63,280 bases of DNA, filler included, from Choristocarpus tenellus KU-1152 (GCA_964200185.2; 7 parts of 7 records of this genome joined end to end with filler, not necessarily neighbours in it); one strand, 5' to 3'; shown: positions 12,501-26,089, counted from the whole stretch's first letter. The notes: a model not told the origin generated them from the letters alone. Numbers and translations: made by a program.

Positions 12501-14242
12501 CTAATTGTATTGCCTACATTTGTGGCTTGCTTCTTGTGTACTGGACCAGCCCTGGCGTCGCTTGGCGTTGAAGCCTTGCTATTTCGTTCTTGGTCTGGCG
12601 TTTCTGTGGTGTACCAATAGAGAGTAGAGTAGAGGTATCAATTTTTGTAGTGCTTGTGGGTGTATGTGTACAGCTGAACGGAATTAAAAAAAACTTTACT
12701 CCAGCGCGTATTTGGGACATTTTGGTGGCTGACCCAATATATTTTGATTGAGCCAGCCCAACCCATCTTGAATGGGCTGGTCTGGTAAATATTCCATATT
12801 TTTCAGGGCTGTAAGAGATAGTAACCAGACCAAGCCACAGACCGACGTGGTGCCTTCCAAGTCTGGTCATCTTGACTGTCTAACTGTCAGCTTGGTGAAG
12901 AGCCGTGGTTATTATATCCATCCTGTATTTGATCTCATATTATGCCGGTCATAATGCTATCTTGATTGTTGATGATGTACCCTCATTTCATCACTACTTT
13001 CCAATTAGTAGTGTTACAAGCAGTAGGGTAACGACACAATTCATGTTGGGGAAGAGAGAGTGCAGTAGGTAATGCAAGGATGCACTGCACACACTCAAAC
13101 ACAAACATTTAATAGCAATTTTACAGACGAGCACCTTTTCCATCTCTAGAGTATCCTAGAAAATGCCACACAAGGGACATACACACCTATGGCGCCATAT
13201 CAGATTGACACTTCTTTGACCAGACTCTCCACCAGGAAGAATCTCAGTCGAAACAGAAAATGCTCCTCTTTGTTCCACCTCATAATAGAAACTGCTCTAC
13301 AGATTTCGATTTTGAAAATCTTACTCTTGTCTTCATTATCTGATATTGAGTTGAAAGAGTCGTGTGTTGATGGTGTACAATTATTTTCGTATTCTGGAGT
13401 CCTAGATACGATTGTAGTGCTACTCTCATTCTGACTTGGTTTACACCTATTCAATACTTCCAAGTTGAGTACATTATTGAATGGATCAGAGGGGGCTTCA
13501 AGGGACTCTGAAGTATGATTCCTGTATATTCTATTGATGAAAGGGGCTGTGTCAAGATAATGCTTGGCCATTTGTGAGAATATGATTTGAAGTATTATTT
13601 TATGTACGCACAGACGATAATGCGGGACATCGAGGATATTTAGGCGGGGTATTTGACCAGAAGAAATCGGCGGACTGTTAGAGTCGGAGTGCTTCTGACG
13701 TGTACTAGAGAACCGTTGAGTCATTTGGTATTCTGAGTCATTCAATATAAGGATTGGTGAGCCCCACCTAGTGAAGGTATCTTACTCTCTTCTCAGCTGT
13801 GATAGGAGCTAATAAACAGTAATATAACTGGTTGTGTGGGACAACAGATCGTCAAGGACAGCTTAACAGGCTGGGACTTTATTCCATCCACAAATATCGC
13901 TGTCAAGTTCCACACGCATAAAGAGTAAAATAGTGGACTGGGTTAGGAGCTGTTACATTACAGCGTGGAGGTGAAAGTAACAGGTGTGTTGTTTTCACTC
14001 AAAAGTCGACCTTCAATGCCAAATCACCATGTTTTTCAGGTCAGATTCCTTTAAACACAAGGAACTTCATTTCGTATCAGATTAAAAAAATAAATAGTGT
14101 AGAACACCTATCTATCTACTACCTTCATACTTCAATGCTCACTTGTTATTCCAGGATAAAAAGATGAAAACTCATTTAGTGCATCTCCCTTCTCAGGACA
14201 CAAGGTGCACCACAGTACTGTTGTCACAAAGAAGCTAATGTA

Positions 14243-14412
14243 GGCTCAAAGTATTTGGGGGGGGGCGGGGGGTGGTGTCCATTTGGGGCCTGACCAGGAA
14301 AAGTGCACTTACATTATCCATTCGACGCATGCAACCAAATCACACAAAAATTGCAACATGGAAAAATGAAGCCTGAATGGACAGCCACCACACCCCCCAG
14401 ATACTTTGAGCC
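14243..14412. mobile_element. MITE family B
   Basis: Perfect outer TIR GGCTCAAAGTAT/ATACTTTGAGCC, flanks GTA/GTA(G). Confidence 0.9.
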
Positions 14413-15316
14413 GTAGCAACCAGGCACACTGGAATACAAATCATACATGTTTGTTGACCAGGGGATATTGTATGAAAACATTGTTGTCCATAGAAAGAAT
14501 GGAACTAGGCATATTCCTTGACTTACGTTGGTTGGAACAGATTGCACAGTAGACTTCTAGGATAGTTGTACCTGTTTCCATATATTTATTTATATTTATT
14601 TCATAGCGCAGGCACAAAGGAAATACAATTCAGTTTACTGAGAGGAATATTTCCAGCCAAAGATGTGACAATTGAATCCTTCACAAGATATTATATTTAG
14701 TAATTTGAATTTCGAGAAAGGATCCAATAAAAGTGTAAGACCAGGAACCTAACGTAAGTCCATAACTGTCAATGTGTAACACAAAGATGGGGTGAAGGTT
14801 GGAAGTGAGGGTCAGATCAATGTCTTGAGGTGAAAAGTACATAGGACAAATTATTTTCACACACACATTGGTGCAGCTGGTTCCATAGGTACAACACATG
14901 AACAGTGCTGAGAATTATGATTTACCACATTCTTCTAGGCGACAACTGCACCTGTGCTACATCTACCTTGTAATGTCAAACAAGCTCTGACCAACCCGTC
15001 TGTCACTTGAAGCTATAGTACAGTACACATGTCAAAGAAAATGTACTAGTTACCTCATACTGGAAAACATTGGAGTACTTCCAGATCCAAGTGGTCCACA
15101 CACATGCATAGAAAGAAATGCACCATAAACTTTGGCTTCAACAAAGATGCCATACATGGATTGAACTAAAAAATATGGCTAAATAATTCTCTTGAGTATC
15201 TTTGATATTAAGTTGTTCATGGTGAGCTCTGAAAATCCAACACAGTGTTGTACTGCAACCTTTCTTCTGGTTAGATGTGGTTATGCCTTCAACTTTACAT
15301 CTGCCTCGGCCTTCCT

Positions 15317-18300
15317 TCAATTTTTAGAGTTATCAAAACCATCAAAAGATATATTGGAAGCAGTTGGGAAGGCATCAAACCCGGCTGAAAAGGGGTCTAC
15401 TGATCCTGAACCCCCAAGTCCTCCAAACGGGTCTGACTCAAATGCATCCTGGCTAGGAGGAAACGCGTCAAACCCATTTGCTTCAACCTGGCTCATACTC
15501 ATGCCCACAGCACCATCCTCACTAATCACAGCGTCTGGGGTTGTGTCAAAAAAAGATGTGCCTGTAACACTGCTCTCGACCCGAGGGGATGGGAATGTAT
15601 CAGCCTCAGTGGGCAGAGTTGGAGGGGAGGCTTCTCCATCTGCAGCTGCTTCAGCAAAGGGGTCTATATCCTTTGGTGCTGCCTTCATAGGGCCAGGGGG
15701 GCTGCTAGGTGGTACACTGAGGTCGGTTGACCCTCCACTACCATTTACTGTAGAACCTGCCTTGTCAGGGACAACAACAGGATTAGATCCTGACTCCTTG
15801 GGTGAAGCCAAAGAAGTTGCTGTGGGACCTCCTTGAGGGAATGAAGCAAACACAGCTTGTGATGATCCAGCTGGATGTTTATTGAGGCTAGCTCTGTAGT
15901 CCTGGAGAGCAACCTTTGTGGCATGTGATGTGTCAAGTTCTTCATCAAGGTGTCTTCTATCATCCTAACCGTCAACAAGAAGCAAAGCAGTAGGAGCACA
16001 GCAATTACTAAATGGACACTAACTCATGGTAGGGAACTTCAATAGCGTCAAAAACATTTTGCACCACGTTGCTTGAAGTGATACACTATACTATATACAT
16101 CCCTTCAATCTGAAGCTGGACCACATGAAAGGTGTGAAGAGCATCCAATTCATGTGTATATCTGAAACACACACCTCCCTGCACAAGAAACACCCTACCT
16201 GTGAAGTTGAAAGTGCTGCTTTATGAGCATCAATTTCTGCCAATAGAGACCGCTTCTCTGCTGCAGCTGTGGCAAGTTTCACATGTAGCTCAGCCACCCT
16301 ATTTTGCTCCTCCTAAGGAACCGTGACATGCATAAGTTGGAGATAGCTTGAGGAGGTCAGACCAGTGGGCAATAAAAATAACACCATACAGATGATTCTC
16401 ACTACAATCAAGCATCTGCTCGGTAAGGTCAATTTTTGTCTCTAGCATAATTGCTGACTCATCGAATCTCTTGATAGAAATAGTGTCTCCTTCTACACAC
16501 GGAGCTCTTTCAGCCAAAGGGGTGGGGGTGATTATTCAATGTATGTCTGATCCCCATATGTACAGGTAGTGAACACTTGGAAGTTGAATGTGTCCTTTAA
16601 GGCATTCAGTGAATGACATGGCAAAAAGACATTAGTTTTGGGGACTGTTTTTGAGAATGGAGTCCTGGACTTGGGAATGATTTATATGTATAGGTTCCAC
16701 ATTATTTGACATGAAATGGGAGTCATGGCAAAAATGGAAAAAACAAGTTGGGACTCATCTCAACAAATATCAAACATATGACATGAACATACTGCATGGA
16801 AGTGGACTGCAGATACACCTATGGGGCTTACCTTGGGTTGTCTATAGTTTACGGGCACTACATATCCACTGTGTATGTACAGACCGGACATCTATTACAA
16901 CATATATATTCGCTTGGACATCTTATGAATAAGGTTCTGAAATAGAATATTGAACTGATCTGCAACAAAGAAGTGATCGACTAAGGAAATGATCAAGTAC
17001 TCTCAGTGACAAAACCATTGCTGAAGTAAAGAAAATATCCATGATTCAAGGAAATGAGTGCCAGTTGTAACTGTTCAAATTGGTTCTACTCAACCAAATC
17101 AATCGCAATGTACCTGATTGAGAGTTTTGAAGTCAACTATCCGACTGTTGTGACTGCAGCCTCAAAGATGTGAGAGAGTCACAACAAGGGGATGCGGTAA
17201 GTAGCAGATTTCCCCCACTTAGAGGATTTCTAGTGTATTGTTCCATGAGAAGAGACCTTCAAAGTAAAGCAAAGCACCATTTGAGCTAGACACCTCACCA
17301 GTTCACTGGGTTTTTGCCTAGGACCAAACTGATATTGCCATATCCATATGAGTAAAAACTCCTCAGTCAATTCACAACTCTACAATAGAAAAACACTTGA
17401 TGTTTGGATAGTAGTGTCCTGGAGATTTCCTACAATCCAGAGGTGTAGCAGGAACCTCAGCAAGACGAGTCCATGGGAACTGAATTTAGGAACTGTATAT
17501 CCTTTTGAAGATTGTTTCAAATATCAATGCGCAGGTATCCCAATTCTCTGCCCCTTTTCATTATGTGCAGTGACCATCTTTGATCTCAACAATGATATTT
17601 CAATATCAGGACCAACCACAAGTACATGTGCACATACACCTTGAAATATACAGGTACATGGCAAGTGCCTGTCAGTAAAAAAGAATGTCTCAGATATATG
17701 ACCTGATTGGTTTCAACAATCATGTAGGTGAGAAGGAACAATCCTAAAGCTGAACATCAAAATATTGCAGGTGTTTATATTCTCCACACAATCAATTCAT
17801 AATATTGCTACTCTCACTAGTACTGGTGTGATCATAGTCCCATAGGATGTAGGGCAGAGAACAAGCATTGTCATCTAAGATGTGTTAGAAGCTGGAGTGC
17901 AATTTGGCAAATGAGAGGACCACTCATTTGAAATACTGGAGTACTTGAGATAAATATGACTTGTCTCAATACATGTCACAATACCAAAATGTGATATATC
18001 CAGGATGTACTATTAGGTACCAGACAAAAATTTAAAATCCGGGGTTTATGAAAATAATTGTTCTCAGTACTGTAAGCTATTGCCGGACTCACCTCATGTT
18101 GGTGCCGCAAATGACTTAGATCAGATTGAAGGGATTCAACTTCCTGCTCCGCTTCACGTAGCTGCTTCTCATTCTCAAAAAATTCATCCTAACAGATAGA
18201 ATCAAAAATAACACATCCAAATCGTACCTTAGCAACTAAAGTATAATTGCAAGGTGAACAGAGTATTCTCACTTTGCACAAGAGTTTAGCATACAATACT

Positions 18301-21300
18301 ATACATTGAAGCTAGGTATTTTTGTAGAGTATAGACATAGATCATGTTGAGTCAGAATATGAATTTCCTCTGCATTGTAATTCCTTTATTATTCTCTTGT
18401 CATTCCAGGGTACTTGGAGGGCACAAGGAACTTAGAACCATATATTTTGTTCCTGTATTACTGATCTGAGAAAGAGAAAGCAGTGGGAGCATCTTCTTTT
18501 GAGACATTAGTAACACATTTTCTATAGAATAATTGTGAGAATATTTCTATTCAATAAGAGCACCAACAAGAAGCAGCTACGTACTAGTAGCTATGGTGCA
18601 CTTGTGCACCAGAATCTCAACCTCCAGAACATGTTTTTGTACGTGGATTAGGAAGAGGTGGTACATACCTGACCAGCCTGAATTTTAGCACCTAGAGACA
18701 CCTTCTCAGCTTGTAGCTTTTGTACCAGCAAATGCAAAATATCCAAACTTGATCTTTGTGCTGCCGTCCCCTGTGGTTTGATTCAAATTCTACAGATCAA
18801 GCTTCAGGAGATGTGTGGGATTTTGATCTGTGAAAGCAACACCTGTTTCTCTTTTGCTATTTTTGGTATCACTGACTCTTGTATATATAAATAAAATAAA
18901 TAATACTACCTGGTCTTCTTGTCACATTACACATATCCTTCTTGCCTTTACTGACATACTTCAACCTTGACTTCTCAAAAACCATGACCATAACACTACA
19001 ATGGAAAGTCTTCCAATATTTCAAATGAAGCACCTTGGTTCTACGTTATGATACAAAAAAAAATTGCAAGTGGACCTATGTAACCCAATCACAAACTTAA
19101 GATTAATGCTCCTCTATACCACTCTTGGAAATGTGTGTGGGGACCCAATGACCCTAATCAGTTTTCACCACCTCTGGCATTACAAAATGCTAGCTTTTGG
19201 TGACTTGTACCATGAGTGAAAGCATCCACCAACACTTTTCTTGATCACCAAGGTACTGTCCAAATGATGATAGCTACTGAAACCCCATTTTATGCCGTAT
19301 GAAGGATGTAGCGGCGAGCAGTATTAATTGAAGCTTCAAGTGGGCATGGCATTAATTAATAATGATTAATGAAACATAATCAATCTCGTCTCAACTTGTC
19401 ACACGGTAGGTTATCAATATATAGATTAAAATACAGGTAGAAGAAATATCAGATTGGACATTCAGGAGAAATACTTGGTCTGTTTCTAGCCCCCCTCACT
19501 GTCCAATGTTCAAAAAACAGTTGGATGGTTTATCAAGGGCAAGGAAACCCTACAGTACTCTGTGCACGCTCTGTGTTTGCTTATAATGGTGCCAGAGACT
19601 CTCACTGAGTTAAGAGCCTTGGTCATTGCTCAAGATTAGGTCAACATGAAAAAATGAAAAATATGAATTTATATTTGAAAGAAAGGATGAAAACCAATAA
19701 AAAGTAAATCTTTGGTTTTATGATGTCTTTCATATTTATCTTATTATGATTCTCCTTCAACTAGCTTGATTTTGGTGGGAAAGGAGTATCCCTCATTTGC
19801 AGTTCCTTGGCCATTGAGCAGTGGCGCAAAATGATGTATGTCATCATGGGATGCATGTAATTGAGTGGGGCTTACATTTCTGTATCAATACATGACTGCG
19901 TGTTTCCCAATATCTGTCCTTACAACCATGGCAGCATATGACCTCACAAAATATGCCTAAAACCTGAGGTAATATGTATAATATTGTAGATTGCAATGAT
20001 CAGTATGGATAGTTAAGGTAGGTATAACATCAAAACACCACCAAAAATAACATGGGATATATAGCAAAGGCTTGTCAAGATGGGAGGGAAAGGAGACTAA
20101 ACAACCCTTCCAACTATCCTAAATAAGGTCAGAAGTGAAAGTCAAAATCCACCTGTCCTTGAGCTGCAGTTGCAGTGCGCGCAAATCCCAGCAATGCATC
20201 TGATGCTGTCATCAGGTCCTTGGACTCGGAATCTCCAAGGCCCATGCTAGCTTGTGACACTCCACCACTGCTGCTGTTAGCTCTTGGAGACAAGGGCTTC
20301 AGCGTAGTGTCCTTTTGTTCTGTGGTTGGTGGAACAGTTGCACTGGACCCACTTGTGAATGACAAGGTATCGATCATTGTGCTGGGGTCTAAGGTGGATC
20401 TTGTAGGTGGTATCTGAGTGGTCTTAGGAAGATCCATTGACAACACACTGCATATGAACAAAAAGAAAAGGATACAACAACATAGGAAAATTAGGAATAG
20501 CACAGGTGTGTCATCTCTACTATTTTTCATCTTTGATCATGATACTACTACTACAATTAGTACATTAAGTAATACTAACTCAATAAAATTGTACTATCAG
20601 CACATCTTTCATCTTGTTGCTTCTGCCAATAAATGGGACACTTCATTTCTCACCTAAATGCATCACTGGGAGGGCTGGGGGACACCTTTATTGGCACAGC
20701 AGATCCCAAAGGAGGGCTTGCGGGTGGGGTTGGTGGGGCTGCCACCACCGGTGAAAGAGGCATTGCAGGCTGCACAATAGTTGGTGCTATGACAGGTGCA
20801 GTGCTAGTGCTGCCCTTGCTTGACACACGGGCTAGGCTGGGTGGTAGTGTAGATGGCATGGGAAGTCCTTTCTTGCTAACGCACACAATAAGGTGCATTC
20901 CCACACAGAACTCTTCAAGAGATAGCTTGTTGTCCTTGTCTGCATCAGTTAGCTCCCACACGTGGCGCAGTTGCTGATGCAAGAGGGACATGAGGGATAG
21001 GAAGAGGGGACATGTACATCAGGAACTGATAGTTGCTACATAAGTATTTTGATATAGTAGGCCTTTACAATAAGACATTATGGAGCATAAAATTTCCAAA
21101 TGTGGCAGCACACCTGACGGGGAAGCCTTGACTTGGAAAAGAGGGCAGCTGCTTCTTGTCCTGTAACAAAACCATCTCCATCTGTGTCAAATGTTGGAAA
21201 AAGCATTTCATACTTAGACTTCTCCTGACTTGACATGCCATATGCATCACTTGATCCAGTCATCCCATTTCCTGCAATCACCCCCTGAGATACTGTCAGC

Positions 21301-24300
21301 CCCACGGGAGGAGGGGGGACCCCTTGCATCCGTGGCATAGGAAGAGGCAGAGCACCCTCTGTCTTGACACGTTCTGCAGTGAGGGGTTGGCCAGGTGATG
21401 CCTGCAAGGGTTGTGCAACCCAACACGGGCAACAAATTCAACAGCAGTTGTTGAACACTGTCATAAGAGAAACAAGAAGTCCAACTAGTCCCAACAAGGG
21501 GTCAAACATCTCCATATAAGCAATAGTAATTCTACTACAAATTATTGATGGAGAAGAAGGGGGTTGTTGCTCATATTCAAAGTGAAAATAAGCTGTCAAC
21601 CTATCCACTTCACCTTCTCCAAGCAAAAAAATAAGTGTTGCAATATCAAACACACATACCTGCCACAACTGTCTCAATAGTTTGCAATTTACCCCACCTG
21701 AGCCATTGCAAGTAGGCGCATTGCCACCCAGAATTCTTCTCGTCGTAAGTAGTTGTTCTTGGCACTATCTGCAATATCCCACACCTGAAAAGTCAGGCAT
21801 TAGATTTGTGCTGTGAAATTGTGTCATACTTCACACAAAGGAATTGCCCAAAAGCTTTATCCAACACAGCAACCCTGCATTAGAGTGGGAATGGACAGTA
21901 GAGTCCTACTGTGTCTGGTATGTATTTCAGACAGTGTTCCTCATCCAGTAAGGAGTGTTATCGACACACACAGGGTAAACAATAGGGTAGAATTTTTAGT
22001 TTGTGAAAACTGTTCCACTCTTGGAAAATACATGGTACTTGACAAGTGCCATCATATGGAGGCTCTTAGCATTGATTTCAATTTGGTCACGAAAAATCCC
22101 AATTTGCAAGTTATAAAATACATGTATGTAACAATGTTGATAAGATATGACATTGTACCACATCACCCTACCACACTTGGTGTGTTCTTCAGTCATAACA
22201 ATGACAACATAAAATCAGTACCACAACACAATATCACTTGCCAAAAAACCTAAGGAAGAACTCCTGGTATTTGCTGTACACACCACATTTAACACTGCAA
22301 CAGGTTGATGGAGATCATACCGAAAATGAAATAATTGAAAATAAAACCTTCTACATCTCATCTTTAGATCACAGCACACTAATTTACAACTTCAACCAGC
22401 CTGGTAGGCTTGCTCCATGTAGGTTTTTGTATCACAGGTTAACTAAAAATCCACTTTGCTTCAACATAAGAGCCTATTGCACATGTGCAATTGCTGCAAT
22501 GAAACTGATTTGATCTCTAAGAATGTTGTGAGAGTGGTTGATGCACAGGATTTCACCATCTCTCCTTTTTGACTGAAACAGTAAGAAAGCACTAACGCAT
22601 CACTCACTACATACATCCAGTATCAGGACTAAACATCTTGATGAGTTTTGGGGTAGCAATTCCAACAATCATATCTTTGTCAGGTAGGACATGCAAGTTG
22701 GTAAAACTGAGGCCAGCAAAGCCATGGTATGTATTTGCCATACTTGTAGAGTACACACCCTACCCTATGCACAACCAAGGTATTGGAACCAATAGTACGA
22801 GGGGAATTCCCACCCATAGCCTGGACACCCATGACTCCTCCAATAAAACACAGATAGTGCCTGTATTCACACTCTTCTCATAAAGTATTTCAACCTACAA
22901 AAATGAGTAGGACAATTACTAATGGATCCTACTGTAGTTTGCACTGAGTAATCATAGTGGGTTCCCTCCAAATAACACTTTCACAGGCAATCCATAGTGA
23001 ATGTATAGATGTTTGGGTGTATGCAAAAAAGGGCCCATATTAGAATGACACACAATTAACCTCGACACTACATGCTGGGTCCAGGTGCATGTCCAACTCT
23101 TCATTGAACACTATTTGGGCTTGTTGAATTAGGGATTTAAAAAATTACGATTGACTACGTGACATGTTGTTTGTGACCTATTGAACGATCCAGCAAAGGG
23201 CAAGATATCCTACCAAACATAGATAGAAGGTACACCACCAGTACACTGCATTGCCCTATGGATCAGAAGGAGTACATCACCACTGCCCTTGTTTGCATTA
23301 GTTATAACCCCATTTCAAATTATACCACACTATATCGATATGGGTTCAGGTTCGTCATGACATCCCCCTTTGTGAGACTGGCCAAAATTTTGTCTGTGCC
23401 CAACACAGAGTAAGTATTGCTTCCTTCAGAGAGGCCTAGTTCGCAGCTTCGGATGGAAGTCTAGATTATAAAATATTTTACAACAAAGAGAAGGAGCATC
23501 TGAAAAAAATTTCAACCCTCATCAGTTTTGGCACTATGCAGCAGATTGTTCGGTGGACAATACCATGAAATGTCATAACAGGTATCACTTGGTAGATTTT
23601 CAATCGAAATAATGCAGGTAATGAAGGTATCCAATAATCGGCACAGCATCGAAACTCAGGGTTACCAGTCCGTCACACAACTCCACTTAACTCAGTAAAT
23701 AGTGTGCTTCCCATGAGGTGGACTTTCCAAGGGACTAATTAAATACTACAAACAAGAGAGCGAGGGTATGACTAACAATATTGAGAACAGCAACAGCAGA
23801 AGGAACGAGCATTAGCCCAAGATTCCAAGAAGCCATAAAAACTAATGTGTACTGCATGTCCACGCCGACCAAGAAGTCTGGCGAATTGTATCCATCTCGC
23901 CAAAAATGAGTGTACCATGCTACAAAGTACTCCTCACTCTTATGTGCTAAAGAAAACCACTTGACTGCACAGAGGGTTGGATGTTTACCAAAACTTGAAG
24001 TTGAGTTGTACGACATTCTTCTAAATTAGTCCATCTACAAGTATTGCACTTAGAAGAATTTTAAATGAGCTGGTACTTCCCATACCTGACCTCAAGCAAA
24101 CTCGATTGCTAATGGCTAAAGGCATCAATCAACTCATGAAAAATGTGTTTTCGCATCACCATGCGCTAGGTATGCCGACGAGGCTAGGAGATGGACCCCC
24201 TGAGCGACGTCAAGAACAAACACGTCAAGATGCCACGAAAAGGCTGTTGACGTTCAATGATCTATCGACCCAACTTCATTATCCCATCCCTCGGGCAACA

Positions 24301-24550
24301 CCTTCCTCAATTTCGGCAATGATGTCAGATTGTCAAATACTGGTTTCGGTTGTACTGTGCCTCCTAGTCCGACACGCAAATAAAGGCACACCTGCTTCAG
24401 GGTATCGAAGTTGAGCCCGCTCTTGGTGAAGAACACAACAGCTGGCTGCCCTGCCAAATGCTGCTGCTGTTGGGCCGCCATCTGGAACAAGACATTATAG
24501 TATTCTTTCTCCTCCTCCCTACCCGGGACCCAAAGAACAAGTGGAGACAT
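15317..24550 (-). CDS. EPS15: Eps15-like EH-domain endocytic scaffold (~702 aa). Exons: 24550-24392, 21784-21698, 21401-21114, 20973-20654, 20447-20153, 18770-18669, 18188-18093, 16312-16199, 15964-15317
   Basis: All 8 introns are GT-AG and phase-compatible. EH1: YNVLFQMA..FFTKSGLNFDTLKQ/VWDIADSAKNNYLRREEFWVAMRLL. EH2: YEMLFPTFDTDGDGFVTGQEAAALFSKSRLPRQ/QLRHVWELTDADKDNKLSLEEFCVGMHLI. Central coiled coil, then an acidic tail with three DPF motifs. Confidence 0.85.
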
Positions 24551-24899
24551 ACTATGTAAGCAGAGATTTAAAGTGCAACTCTCTTGAGTTCTACCAGAAG
24601 AGGGTCCATCGATAGTACCTCAACAACACTTCAGCTTGTCTCTTGTTCAGGGTTTGGAACGGTTGGTGTATTGATCGTCACTCCTACAGTTCTGTACTTA
24701 TCAAAGATTAGAGTACTACACTATTGTTGTATCAGATAACTTGTGTATGTATATTTCATTAAAGATGTTATGTGACCACTAGTTTAAACTATGATTACAT
24801 AATTACTAATGAACTTTTACCTTCTCTGCCGTCCTTGACTGCTATTTCGATATATCGTATCGGTGAGTATCAAAATAGCGACATAGTAGTTACCAATAC

Positions 24900-25367
24900 T
24901 GTGAATCATGAGATTCTGTGGCGACGTGGTTCACTTAGGCAAGGGTGGTGAAGAGAATCACCGGGCAAGACGGACCACACGAACAAGGACGAACCGTGAC
25001 CGAGGGTACGAGGTTGAGGTTGGACAATTGCAAAAACTGAGGAGTGATGAGCACCATCGAAGATGGGGCTTCATCACCATCAGTCAGGATGTGAGAATAA
25101 AGTGGATCTTCCATGTGTGACATTCGGACAGAAAGTCTGTCCGTGAAATCATGGACTCTTGACTGGGAATCTCAATCGGCACCACGGTATAACGNNNNNN
25201 NNNNNNNNNNNNNNNNNNNNNNNNNNNNNNNNNNNNNNTTAATTAATTAANNNNNNNNNNNNNNNNNNNNNNNNNNNNNNNNNNNNNNNNNNNNAGTACC
25301 ACGGTATAACGGTATATGGCATACGAGCAATACGGTATAATAACAGACAAACATGCTTTCCACATAA
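24900..25367 (-). mobile_element. Solo LTR (family L1) split by an assembly linker
   Basis: Reverse complement of 222-576 on both sides of the gap. (A)ATAC occurs on both flanks (24895-24899 and 25367-25371) as a candidate TSD. Confidence 0.75.
25195..25294. other. Artificial gap linker (44N-TTAATTAATTAA-44N)
   Basis: Identical 100-bp structure occurs six times; the 12-mer puts stops in all six frames. Confidence 0.97.
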
Positions 25368-26089
25368 ATACTTTTTGTAACTGGTGTAGTTACTGATTGG
25401 AATGTATATGCTTTGACGTGATCGTAGAACCTTTTCATTATCTGCCCTTGATTTGTTTTTTAGACCTTCAATTTAATCTTTGTATTTTATATGCAAATTG
25501 TCCAGTAACCCTTGGGGTACATCAAATGGTGATGTATGCACAGTATATAAAAATATGTTTCGTCATAGAGCCCAAGTTAGTAATATCGTCCACATCTCTT
25601 TTCGAGCTTGAGTACCTTTTTCTCAGGTAAGTACAAAAATAAATTAGAACAGGATATCCCACTGTATAGCAGCACACACCACTCCAGTGTTTTGAAACAG
25701 TTCATCCCACCATATATTACTCTGGAGTAGTTAAATATAACCCCAACAAAGAGCTGTACAAAAATCACAACGACTGACTTACACTATGCATTAGTCAGAT
25801 ACTGAGCTATTTCATACACGACCATTTTTAGGAATTTGAACAATCGCTCCTCCTACTTTACCTTCTTACATCCACTACTCCATCCACAGTCCACCTCCTC
25901 CCTCTATCAATTACAACTATTTTTTCAAATTTCAGACCATTTTCTCCTCTCACCTATCCTTCTCATGTTCAGTCCTTTGTACATCTCCACCAGCATGTCA
26001 AAGCAACATCAGAAAGAATACCGACATTGTACCTGACCACAAAAGCATAAAGTGGTCACCTAGCTCACAGCAGGTGGTCTCATCACCCT

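Noticed and set aside
12036-12870. Possible hAT-type MITEs rich in CCAGNC/GNCTGG motifs
   Set aside because: Only a 7-bp imperfect TIR and no convincing 8-bp TSD.
15192-15836. 214-aa plus-strand ORF
   Set aside because: Antisense shadow of the last Eps15 exon. The same applies to 20175-20417 and 20633-20977.
25239-25250. Recurrent TTAATTAATTAA palindrome as a regulatory or recombination site
   Set aside because: It is always centred in 44N+44N and is an assembly linker.
222-25367. 350-bp inverted repeats bracketing 25 kb as a giant element (Maverick/virus-like)
   Set aside because: The arms have LTR hallmarks (PPT, TG..CA, own TSD), and the interior holds an ordinary intron-rich host gene with no polymerase, capsid or integrase.
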